NCBI GenBank assembly: GCA_001179505.1
Contig: CDMY01000365.1
Location: 35,803 to 99,802, forward strand
Length of the DNA stretch: 64,000 nucleotides
Source: Vitrella brassicaformis CCMP3155
Taxonomy: Eukaryota; Protista; Chromerida
Reading direction: 5' to 3'
Shown: positions 1 through 11,519 of the stretch, one piece after another
Position numbering within the stretch: position 1 is the first letter of the stretch
How the letters are laid out: each line of letters starts with the position of its first letter
The notes under the pieces: model-generated
The model's input: only the letters and a program-made list of their open reading frames with translations
Told to the model about the DNA's origin: nothing
Databases searched by the model: none
Program-made: the position numbers and the translations under genes

Positions 1-627
1 GCTCGATGCTGTTCACCTGTTGCTCGGCCGGAGCTCTCGGCTCACTGTCCAGCTCTTTGCCTGCCCCATCCACCACTCGTGAGGAGCTGTCGGCTTGTCC
101 AGTGTCGGCTGGCTTCGGCGGGTTCCAGTGAAAGGCCGCCTGGCGGCTGTCGAAGGTCAGTGGCTTGGGTTTGCTGCGGAGCAATGAGATGTCGCCGGTT
201 TCCCGCTGCAGCATGAGGGTCAGAGCGATCACCTGGATGTCCGTCGACGACAGATATGGAAAGTCGCCTGCACACACACACACACAGACCACGGTCACAA
301 CCAACACGAGAAGGAAGAGCACTCAATTCTCCATCCGTCCATCCGTCCGTGCGCGCCCTGTCCGTCCCTTGTCTGTCTGTGTGCTGCGTGCAGCCCACCT
401 GTGAGCGATGCGAAGTATCTGACGAACTTGACGTCGGCTTCAGTGGGTTGTCGGGTGACGATGGGCTCCGTCATGGTGTCGAGGTGCATCCTCGCCTGCG
501 GGTCCTTGACCTCATTCATCACTGCTGCCGTGGTGTAGAGCTGTCCTCCTGCCTTCTCCACTCGCTTCAGCCGGATCAAGGCGCCTGTGTCCAGAACCAC
601 TTGGCGGGTCACTGGCGGAGATGCCAT
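1..627 (-). CDS. NOB1: 20S pre-rRNA D-site endonuclease NOB1 (PIN domain), 5' part; runs off the window
   Basis: Exon 1 reads MASPPVTRQVVLDTGALI...YTTAAVMNEVKD...VRYFASLTG. After a GT-AG intron (~399-268) it continues GDFPYLSSTDIQVIALTLMLQRE. Both match NOB1 PIN motifs (VLDT..., T..V..E..D, TGD...LS.TD..V.AL). Confidence 0.9.
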
Positions 628-861
628 TGCGCTGGCACCTGGATCTACGGATTCTTTCTTTCCCTTTTCCCTTCTTCGTCTGCGAGCTTAGCTGCGAGCT
701 TGAAGTGGCGCGCGAAACCTTGGGGAGGACGGTTGTGCTGCCAGATCTGATCTCCTGCGCGCCAGCGTGTTTTGTCGAGCACTCTTCTTGATGATGAGGT
801 CTGCCTTGCTAGTGCTGCTGGTGGTGTTTATCGGGATCTGGGTGCACCCATCCGCAGCACA

Positions 862-2145
862 ATGACGAAAGCAGCTGCGCATTCCGAAGGTGAGAAAGGC
901 GACTGAGCTCAGCAAGCAGCTGATGTGCAGACATTCATAATCTGTCGTGTCCCTTCCGTGTGAGTGCAGCCGACGGGTAGAGACGACCGTCTAGGTCTTC
1001 TCCTCGGAGCGGCTGAGGACTGCGCAGCGCACATCCGCCGCCACCCCCTCAGGTCACTCGCTATCGCATCCGCCATTGGGGGCGGCATCTACCTCGCCAA
1101 AACCACACCCGTGACTGGCCTGCTGCTCTCGTCGGAGCATCACTACAGCCTCCTGCCGCCCTCTGGCAGATACATAGAGTCCTTCTTGACCAAGGAAGCC
1201 AGCAGCAACCGGAGGAAGGGCCGGCTTCCATCCCGCTCGGCCATGTCAGAGACGACCACCATCGAGATGGGCGAGGGGGAGGACATGTACCGCCGTGCCA
1301 CCAGCCTGCTGGAGCGCGGCAACATTCAGCTGTCCCTTTCTGGCATGCGGGGGCAGTTGATCCTGCACAGGGCGGCCAGCAGCAGCAACCACTTGGTGCT
1401 GGCTGTGCTGCGACGGAAGGGTTTGGTGTGGCACCTGGACTCATTTATCGAGGGGGGTCGTGTCAAGGACAAGGCGGTCAGGGGCGGCAAGATGACAGGG
1501 GTGGGGTTTGTGAGCAACGACGGGGGGGCGGAGCTCGTGGTCAGGGTCAAGTTGATGGGCGACGGGACGGCCGGGGCGACCGGCGGCATTCCCAACGTCA
1601 ATGTGACCTACGGTGGGGCGACAAACGTGGCCAGAGAGGGCACAGTGGTGCTCGAGGTGGTCGGCAGGAGCTCAGTCAAAAGGTCAGAGTGCCAGCAGAG
1701 GAGGGAGGCACACATAGAAATGCGCATGTAGGTGTGTATCCATCTGATGCGTGGTGCGGTGCCTGTGTGTGTCTGTGCAGTCGCGTGTCAGCAGATTTGG
1801 TGGAGGAGGTGGCCGTCACATTGGCCAGCAAGGTTGCTTCGGACGTCAAAATGCAGAAGACCCGCCAGATGCAGCTGTCCAAACAGCAGGAGGCTCTCGC
1901 ACGGCTACAGAATGAGCGTGAGAAGCAACAGCAACTCACGTAAGGGCACTCACAGCTCACACCCATCCCATCCCCAACACATACAGACATCCACACCACG
2001 CTTGCTTCATGTGTGCGTGTTCAGTGCGGCTGAGCGCCAAGAGATCCGGCGGCGTGCCCGTCTGAGTCGCTCGTCTGTCCGGTCATCGGCCACGGCGAGT
2101 GGCGGCGGTACGAGGCGCGGTCCGTCGAGTGTGGTGAAGCAGTGA
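862..2145 (+). CDS. Hypothetical protein with one hydrophobic segment and a charged helical C-terminus; start uncertain
   Basis: Long ORF 964-1681 splices (GT-AG) to SRVSADLVEEVAVTLASKVASDVKMQ...LT and then to AAERQEIRRRARLSRSS...KQ* at 2145. No family recognised. Confidence 0.5.
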
Positions 2146-3613
2146 GGCTAGCCCCGCCCTGGGGATGAGCGCCATTATGGCCTCACACAGGGTGGGTGAC
2201 CCACTCGCTGACTGAGCTGCTTGTGCATGGAAATGACCTGTGCCTGCGTCGGTGCATTGCTGGCTGGGGTGGGTGCCTGATGGTGTCGTCAAATGGCCGT
2301 AGGAGACCAGGGGGCCGTGGCAGACGATCTTGCCGTGGCAACTAGGTCTCCAGGGGGCGATTGGCCAACCACGGGCACTCACGCCGTGCAGAGTGATGCT
2401 GGGTATGTCTCGTCTGGGTAATGGAGCGGTTCATTCAGCGGCCGTGGCTGGCATGCATGGCATTCATGCGTGAAGGGGGATGGCGGGATAACGAGTGATG
2501 CTGTCTCGCCGAACGGCTCTCAGAGCAAGGTGGATGGCTGAGGGTTGGTTGTCTCGCTTTCCCTCGTCGCGTCACGTCCACAAGGCTGGCCATGTGCCTG
2601 CCTTGCTGTCGTGTGTGCTGTGTCCGGGGGGGTGGGGGGCTGTTGATTGATGGCTGGATTGCTGACATGATTTTTGGTGTGCTGGTTGGGGGAAGGGCAG
2701 CGAGAAGAGCTGTACAGAGACACACACACGATTGCGTGAATGGATATGGACGGATTGATGTGAGTTCTGTCTGTGTCCATTCTTGATGCTTCCCGTCCCT
2801 TACTACTGTCCGTGCCATCCGTTCAAGGCTGGCAGCCACGCAGCCGTGAATGAGTGGTGCTGGCAGCAGAGACGGTCGGGAAGTGTCAACGAACACGGAC
2901 AAGGGTGCAGCCAGCCACGAGCAGGCATCATCGTGTGTTTGTCATCGCGCGAATGATCCTTGCCCATGAAAGCTCTACGTGAGATTTGGGTGGGGAGAGA
3001 GGCAGCGGACAGACACAAAGATAGATAGGCGCTGTGCTGTGTGGCTGTGGTGGCAGCGATGCCATTCATTGTGCTGGCTCGTTAACACAATCGTGATTGA
3101 CTGGTTTCAACATCCCATCCTGGTGTTGTGCTGTGGTTGAAAAACGTGTCACGTTTCTGCAGAGCATTCGTGTCTGTCTCCTTCCGTAAACATCCGTCAG
3201 GCACTTCACAAGGAAAGCGCACACACACGCATGCACATGCATCGGGAGCACCCATCCCGCCATTAGTGGTGGCCTCCCAGTGTTGTTCTCATCCCACAGC
3301 CTTGGTGTGGTGACTTACAAAGCGTGTGGCTACTCAGTCATCACTCATGGGCGTCAGGGCAGTCGCGAACGGTTCGCAAATCAGCTTCCTTTCCTCTGCT
3401 GTCCGTCTGTCCACTTACTTATCTGTCTGTCCTTCAGTACCTGCCGCTACAGCAGCTATGCATGTCAGTCAGTAAGTTTGGTACACCTACATAACTACCT
3501 CCCTCCCTCCCTCGCTCTGTATGTAACCTACAAAGTGACGCTAGCTAAGCACTTACACACCCCTCCCTCCCCCTTGCTGCTGTGTCTGTCACCCCTCCCC
3601 ACCCCCGTCCCCG

Positions 3614-6600
3614 TCAGGTTCCCTTTGTGGCGTCATCGAGGTACTTGGAGGCCCTCCCCAGCGCGTCGCAGACGCCAGCGAAGGTTTTCTCGGCGATGGA
3701 ACTGTAGGCCACTTTGTCCTCGCCCGAAGCCGTCCGGTAGCGGACGATGAAGGCCCTGAGGTCCACCCGCCACTCGATGGGGTGCTGGATGCGCGCCGAT
3801 ATCTTGTCCTTGTTAGTCAGGTTGGCCACACTCAGCATCATCTGCGCTACGTGGCTCACACCTGCATCGTCCAGCTCGCGATTGGGGTTGGTCTCCGCCG
3901 ACCCGCCCGGCAGCATCCCAGACAAAGCCGCAGCGGCGTCAAGACCTGAAGGAAGCATTGACAGGAACCGATTCGATCGACAGCAGATGACAGCACAGCA
4001 GTCATGTGTGTGTGTGTGTGTGTGTGTGCCTTTCTCACTCTCACCGTGTATGTTGGGCTGTCCGTTTGGCAGCAGACCTCTCTCGCCATCGTCCACCATG
4101 CCGTTGGCATCCCCAGCCAAAGCAGCACCCATCGGACCCTGTCGATGCATCCCACCGCCGAATGTCGGGCCACCCCCACCGCCAGCCGCTGCTGTTGTTG
4201 CTGCCGCTGCTGCTGCCGCTGCTGGTGGTGGTGCCGCTGGTTCGGCAGCCGCATGGCCATCTGCTGTTTGTGAGGGGAGAGGGAGGTGGGGCGGATGGGG
4301 CCGGGGGGAAAAGGGGCGTGCTGCAGTGTTGAGGGCGGCGGACGGCGGTGTGTCGAGCCTGGCGGCCATGACGCACTCCATGACTGCTGACGTGACACCA
4401 TCGACCTCTGCCGACGGGTCAGAGTGGACCATGGCCTCCCGGCCGATGCCCTCGAGCTCATCCAGCTGTGTGTCGCGGAAGGCCGCGGCGGCGTTGAGGG
4501 CTCTCTGGACGGCCTGGACGGTCTTGTATGCGACTCTGAAGAGCCGGCGTTGGGGCGAGGGGTGGATGGCCACCCACACACGGAAGTGGCCCCACAGGCG
4601 GCTGGGCGTCCCTCCCTCCCACTCGATGAAGGTGTACTTGCCGCGCCACAGCTGGTCCACGGGATGGCTGCCCGGCTGCTGCTGCTGCTGCCGATGGGTG
4701 TGGTGGTGCATGTCCTGTGCCCTGAGCCGGTCCAGCAGTGTGTGGGCGATGTGCGTGATGGCCGCCTGTGAGCCCGCCACGGTCGTGAGGTCATAGCCCG
4801 CCACCGAATGGTCCAGACTCATGTCGGACGCATCCACCGACACACCTGAACACGACATCAGACATCATAAGATGACACGAGACGCATTCATCACCATCAC
4901 CTAATCGATGTGTCTGTCTGTTCGTTTCTGTATGTATGTGTGTGCGTCTGTCCGACTGACTCACTTGGCCTTGCAGCGCCGTCTTCTGTGGGCCCGTGTG
5001 GTGTGCGGCTCCTCTTGCTGCCCACCCCACCTGCCTGTCGCCTCATGTCGGCCTCCCTTTGCCGCATCATAGCGTGCAGCCGCGCCACCCCATCGGCGTT
5101 GAACCGCCTCTTGAGGGCCGCCATGCACTGCTGACCGCCCTGGTGCTGGCACCCACGCACCTCGTCGAGCGCGTCACTGGCCGTCTGGAGGGTGAAGAGC
5201 GGCATGAGGCAGTTGCGGACGTCGACCGCGGCCTCGAATGCGCTCATGACGGATGCGTGTGTGGCGGTGAGGGGCACTTTGAAGCAGAATGGGGCGCGGA
5301 ATACGTGTGAGATGGACTCGTGAGTGAAGGTGAGGTCGGATGGCAGCAGCAGCATGAAGGCCGTGACCGACTGGGAGTCCTGGTCGATCTCCCCGGTGTT
5401 GATCCATGAGTCGGGGTACTTGATGCGCAGCTGGCTGTCGTACATCTGCAGGTCGCCCATGATCTCACGGGCAAAGTCCAGCGTCTCGGCGGGCGACAGG
5501 GCTGAACGAAACAGACAGACAAGCACGAGAAAGCATCAATCTCACGTCGATTGATTTGATGCCTTCCTTTGTTTGTCTTGTCTCTGTCTGTCAACTGACC
5601 TTGTGCGCCTTTGCGTGTGAGATGCCTCCTGCACTGGTCGGCCCGGTGCCGGTTGGTGGCTTCGACGGTGTCCATGGCGGCCTGGACACATATCCGCACC
5701 TGCTCGGCCTCCTCGGCAATAGTCGACATGGCCATCTGCACCATGCCCTGACCGTCGACCGCCACCCGATACCTCGCCCTCACGGCAGCCATGGCACCCT
5801 CAGCACGCTTCTTGTGCTTGGCCAGCCACGCCACCATGGCCACACGCAGCGCCGCCAGAAGGCTCTCGAGTGTGCTGTCTCGCGGGGGGAATGTCTGTGC
5901 GGTGATTTCGTCTCGGAAGTGTCTGGGGGCGGGGTCCCATGTGATGAAGCCGCCCAGGGGGCCGGCGGCCGACAGCTGGTTTAAGAGGGCCGACAGCAGC
6001 TGGACGGCGTAGTGCTGCTGCTCCCGCGTGCTCAGCACCGACGACTTGTCGATGAAGGTGAAATACTCTGCGGTGCAGACAGAAACAATACAAACAGCGG
6101 AGGATTCACACAACACACAGCTGCCTGGAGGGATGGATTCTCGCTCACCTTTGGGTCTGGCATCTTGCTGTTCGTCCTTCTGTGCCCCGCTGCTGTCCTG
6201 CCTCCGACTCGTCAGCGCCCGAGCGGCCTCCCTGTTCCAGCAGTCGACAGCCGACTGCAGCGCCCTCGCCAAGCACCTCACCGTGCCGCACTTGACGGCC
6301 AAGTGGTGCCGCTTCTTGCGGATGGTGCTCTGGGGATTGAGGGAAGTCACGACGCGGAAGTAGTTGCCCTCCGCCTGCCATGAGATGCCCGCGGCCTCCT
6401 GCTGGTCGGGATGGGGCTCGTCCCTTGACGACTGGGGGCTGTCGCCGTCGGCCGCGGGGATGGGGCTGGGGCTGCTGCGTGATCCCCCGCCCTGTTCACG
6501 CCTCGTCTGACACACACAGACGGACAGACGCGAGAAGTGTGTGTCCATCCATCCATGAATCGAAGGGGGTATGGTATGCTCACTTACCGTCGTGTCTGCA

Positions 6601-8124
6601 GGGGCGCCGAGCCCTGGGTGTTTGACGAGGACGTCGCCCTCCCCAAGCCGCTCCAGCGCTTTCTTGGCGATGGCCGCCATCTCCTGGCCATCCCCTATCC
6701 ACGTCTTGACCGCCTGACGGCCGCCGTCGACATGGTCAAACACCCCGAGCAGCATCAGGGTGTTGCCGAAGAACCGCCCCTCATCGGCCACACACCGATC
6801 CAGCTCGCTCCGTGCGTCCTCGAGCACCTCGGTGAGGACACTGCTGATATTGTCGTTGGATATGTCGCGGCCCCGCCAGCCGAGCTGCTCGAAGAGGGCG
6901 TTGCGCATCTGGGTGGCCTCGTAGAGGGTCGTCAGCACCGTCTCCACCTGCTGCTGGGAGAGCGATCGGAGGCCAGGCATCGTGTGGGAGTGACCGCTCG
7001 TCTGGACTCGGAAGCGGCCCACGTCGCCCGCCCAGTGGATGGACAGCTCGCGCCTTCCGGCCTCCCACTCTTGCCTGGGTAGGCCGTTGGCCGTGTCGCC
7101 ATTGCCCGATGCAGGGGCAGCAGCCGCTGCTGCAGCCGCTGCTGACGGTGGTGGTGGTGGTGCAAGTGCCGTGTCGTTGTCGATGTCGATATCCACGGCC
7201 ACGTCGGGGGTGTCCTGCTGTTCGTCATCAGTGTCCATTTCCTCCTCGTGCATCGTCTTGAGCCGATCGACGACCATCCGGCCAAGGGCATCCAGCTGAG
7301 AGAGGTCCAGAGGGCGGCTGGAGGGGGGCACCGCGGCCACACCTGACCATCACGACAAAGCACAAAGTAGCAAACCATCCACCCGTACAAGTGCGCGCGA
7401 CATGCCCAGTGGCTCGAATCGTACCCTCGGTTGTGCATGCGGCGTTTGCGAGTCCTCCCTCGGCTCTCAGCCCCAGCCGGTCGCGCACCGTCAGCTCCTC
7501 CACACGCAGCCGATCGCGGAACACAAACGCCGCACTCACCGCCTGCTGCAGTGTCGCCGGCGAGAGGTACTGCACCGACAGCTCATAGCACTCCTGCTGC
7601 CTGGCCGCCTCCCCAAAGCGCCAGGCAAGCGGCATGAACTCCCACAGCTCGCTCTCCACCCGCACGTGCGGATCTCTGGCGATCCGCAGGACCACCCCGC
7701 CCCTCCCTGCTTCAGGGGACCTGACCGAGATCTCACGGTGCCTGCCGTGGGCGACCCACACTGTGCGGCGGTTCTCCGCCCGCCTCGCACGCAGCAGCTT
7801 CTTGATGTACACACGCGCCGAGTCGATGGAGACGATGCCGTCTGAGTGCGTCACAGCCTGGTAGTAGCCGGCTGATTGCGAGGGGGGAAAGGGCAAGGGA
7901 GCGGCTCCCGCACGGACACTGGTGGATGTGGGACCTGCCGTGATGGCGTCACGCGCGGATGACGATGCAACATCAATCTCGTCCAGGCCGTTCGGAGGCG
8001 TGGCGCTCCGGCCACTCATGTGCCGCTTGGACGGTCGGGTGCCATCCGCTGCTGGAGGCTGCACTCGAGGGAATGGATGCCGCGGGGGTGCTTGGCGGTT
8101 AGAATGAGTCGGGCCTGGGAACAT
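3614..8124 (-). CDS. Large (~1300 aa) 7-exon protein with multiple divergent AP2-like domains; putative ApiAP2-type transcription factor
   Basis: Phase-consistent GT-AG exons ~8124-7425, 7342-6588, 6506-6149, 6067-5600, 5501-4965, 4845-4045, 3945-3614. A module I-x-W-x(n)-F-R-V...A(L/V)xxAxxxR recurs, separated by low-complexity Ala/Pro/Gln linkers. Confidence 0.65.
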
Positions 8125-8483
8125 GATGTCACTCAACCGAACCCCGCACTCGTTGATTGACGCCCAGATCTTCACAAATGGATCACGACATCCACATCAC
8201 AGCCACGATGAGGCCATGTGAGGGAAGCGGCAATCCCACGACCTGGCATTAGCGGCTTCACGGAAGACCCTGTGCAGTCCGCGTTGGTTGCGGCGTCAGA
8301 CGTGTGGAAGAAACTAAACGTACGTATCCAAATGTACGTATGTCTTATCATCCATCGTACGTAAGGCTGCCTCTGACTTTATACACAGCGACTGTCTCAT
8401 CCAATCCACACACACAAGACATCCACAGCCCCTAACACACCCACCCTACCCATCTGATCTGCCGTGTTCTTCTGTGGATACAC

Positions 8484-9797
8484 TCACGAGTGCAGCCCCT
8501 TGGTGACGTACGGTGGCAGATAAAGCGATGTCTGCACCTCAGCCGCGCGGACAGCACTGCACGCCCCCGACATGACCAAGTCCCTAACACACACACACAC
8601 GCAGCTGTACCCACGGCGGTGGTGACTTTGCCTTGGTCTCCCTCATACACACCTGAATAGGTCTCTTCCCGGCGGCTTTGGTTTCTCCTCGTCGTAGAGC
8701 CAGATGAAGAAGTCGGTGATTTCCTGCTGCGTGAGTCCGATTTCCTCCCATGACCTTTGCCGCATCAGCCGCTCCTCCAGACGACGCAACACAAACGGCC
8801 AGCGCGACCGCTGCACAAACGCTGCCAACTGCACACATGAATGAATGCAACAAGGAAGGATCGACGATGTGATGGCGTCAGTGGGCTGTCTGCCTGTACA
8901 GGTGTGTCTTACATGCGCCTCGGCGAGTGCGAAGTTGGGGTGATGCCCCTGTGCATAGAACTGCACCAGGTCATCAAACGACCTGACCACTGGGCCCTCC
9001 AGAGCGCCCGCATCAGCAGTGTCCACCACTAGCCGCGGCACGGGCCATGGCTGCATGAGGTCCCACACGTTGAGCATCTCCCTCAGCAGCACCGACGCCA
9101 GCAAGACGCTGTTCTCGATGATGGGGTTGAGGGTCATGAAGGGGTACTGCACCTCCATTATCGACCCCTGCGTAGACGACAGACACACCAGCTTGGTCTT
9201 GTTGCTCCACAGCATGGGGATGGCCGGGGTAGAGTTGTCGAAGCACAGCTGGTTGTAGAGCTCAAACAGGCGCTGGGCGGCGCTCTCCTGCTGTGCGCGG
9301 CTTAGGAAGGGCGGCAAGGGCGGGAAGGGCGGCGACACACGGTCCTTCAGCGCCTCCAGCTGCCTCTCAGGTGCCGAAGCGCCGCCCCTCGCTGCATCGC
9401 CAGTGAACAGCACCCCATGAAGCAGATCGAAGGCTCGGGCGCAGTCCCTCTCGATTTGCCGATGGTCCGCTTCTGACGTCTTGAGCCATGCATTCTGGAA
9501 GAACGACACCGTGGAGCGGCACAGACTGTTCTCCATGATCCGCTGCAGCGACGGATCTTCGTTGCGGAGGATCTGGCGGCACTCTCGCAGGGCATCTTCC
9601 GCATCTCGCTGCCGTCGCAAGACGACGCTCTGATGGAACTCCCGCAGCGGCAGCACCTTGGTGCCGGGGGGTGGGAAGCCTTCAAAAGCTGCATGACGAC
9701 GGTAGCAGGGCTGTCCTGCTGACTGGGCTGGCTGAAGGGCGACGGCGATGAATAGCAACGACGCCAGAGAGAGTGCTGGCCTTCTCGAGCCTGCCAT
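8484..9797 (-). CDS. Signal-peptide protein with a SprT-like domain, HExxH motif degenerate
   Basis: N-terminus MAGSRRPALSLASLLFIAVALQPAQS. RLFELYNQLCFDNSTPAIPMLWSNK...VLLREMLNVW resembles the SprT pattern LF..FN...F..LP....WS.....TLLHEMxH. In-frame 84-nt intron 8912-8829; probable last exon 8583-8484. Confidence 0.55.
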
Positions 9798-10154
9798 CTT
9801 TGCATGTATTCGTTCTTCCCGTCACTTCATCTTTGGCTCCGAAACCCTGGTGGAAAAGAAGCTGAGGGATCTGCCGCCCTCTGGTCCGTAGCTCGCGAAA
9901 CCTTCAGCCGGCTGTCAGGGTTTGGGTTGCAGGGTTTGAAGGAGGAAAGTTGAACAGGAAGGCAGGGAGCAGGCCAAGGCGCAGAAGAAGCGGTGTTTAT
10001 GCTGGCTTACCGATAATCGGGGGGTGAGCCATTCATCCCACAGCTTCGCCACCCGGGCATTCGCAGAGGGCGTGTGAGGCCGCTGAGGCGTGGAGAGCAA
10101 CTGGTGGAGAGAACGCTTGAGGCTGTCGGAGGCGGTGATGCGCTCTACTGGCAA

Positions 10155-10956
10155 ATGGAATGTGATTCTACAGCTGTAGGTACGCAACGCTTGGAAATCC
10201 TGGCGCGAGTCCTGCGTATGGAATGCTGCTCGTGTGCATGTCGGTTGGTTTGTCTCATCATCAGGTTGTTTGCCATCATCCTTGCTCTCTGGTCCCACCA
10301 CAATGGACGAGGACGATGAGATGGGCGGCGGCAGCAGCCCTCGACGCCGCGGCATCAAGCGCCTCTGCCACGACCTGCCGCAGGAGTTCAACAAGAAGGT
10401 CCGCATCGGCAGCCCACACCCATCCCCGCCACCCTCACTGCCGCCCATCGACGAGGACGTCGCCATGAGAGGCGCTGGCTCTTCACAGCGAGACGGCGTG
10501 TTGGCAGCGGCTGCTCCTGCGGACCACACACACGGTGCCCATGACATGACCAATGGAGTACCTCAGCAACCCCAGCAGACAGCAGAGGGACGACCAATCG
10601 CACCCGCGAGCCAGCGAAATGATCTCCTTGCACCTCTCCCACCCCACCACCACCACCAGCAGCAGACGAGCGAGCCGTCCGACGAGCAGCGTGGCATCGT
10701 GTTGGGCCGCGGGATGCCGCCTGGCTCCTTCTACCAGTACGTGAATCGTGACCTGGGGCAGCTGCATGCGGAGCGGTCGCATCGGCAGACTCATCATCGG
10801 CCGATGATGCACCGGTCTGGCTCAGCGCCGGGCGGCCTGCGGTCATCTGGGGGTATGGGTATGGGTGGGGCGGGGGATCAGGGTGAGGGTCAGGGTGACA
10901 TGTCGTATGGCGAGGTCAACAGGATGATACGAGACCTGCACTTCGGGGGCAGGTAG
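10155..10956 (+). CDS. Low-complexity hypothetical protein with a basic NLS-like segment and two Y-x-x-VN-R-x-L/I-x-x-LH helices
   Basis: ATG 10155, intron ~10180-10264 joining in phase to the 10234-10956 ORF. Motifs RRRGIKRLCHDLPQEFNKKVRI, FYQYVNRDLGQLHAER and SYGEVNRMIRDLHF. Confidence 0.55.
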
Positions 10957-11519
10957 AATGACGTGAGTGACGAAGAGGGGACCAGACGGGTCGCCAGCTG
11001 GTGCGGGCTGCGATGCTCTGTAAAGTACGTGAGGCGGGGTGGCCTGTGACCTGCGATGGATGCATGACTCTTTATTTCAGTGTGTCATGTAAGATCTGCG
11101 GGAAAAGAACGAAATGGTCTCGTGTGGCCCTCGGCCAGGATCAGGGGAACGTCCAGCTGCGTGATGTGACACACCTGATGTCACGTTACACACAAACACA
11201 CACGCGGGCACTGGACCTCGTTCAGCCTACACACAGACCTTCGTATCCCTCATACATACCCGTTTGCATTCTTTGCGTAGCTGGTGCGTCCTGAACCTCT
11301 CCATTGATTGTGGCTCACGGCGATGGACGGATTGCCGGTACGATGAGCCGAGCAGAGAACGGACCTGACAGCGAAGCGAAAGGCGGGAGAGCGGAAGATC
11401 TTGTGCTGCGAGCTTGTGCGAGCTGAGAATGCAGATCTGACCCGTGAGTGTTGAAGGGCATGTGGTCCCTTTGCTGAGTCGTACCTGCGTTGCCCATTGT
11501 GCCACCGAGCTAGCGAAGG

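Noticed and set aside
2146-3613. Possible gene or weak inverted repeat (2431-2455 vs 2828-2855) in the spacer
   Set aside because: No coherent exon chain; the repeat similarity is too short and imperfect.
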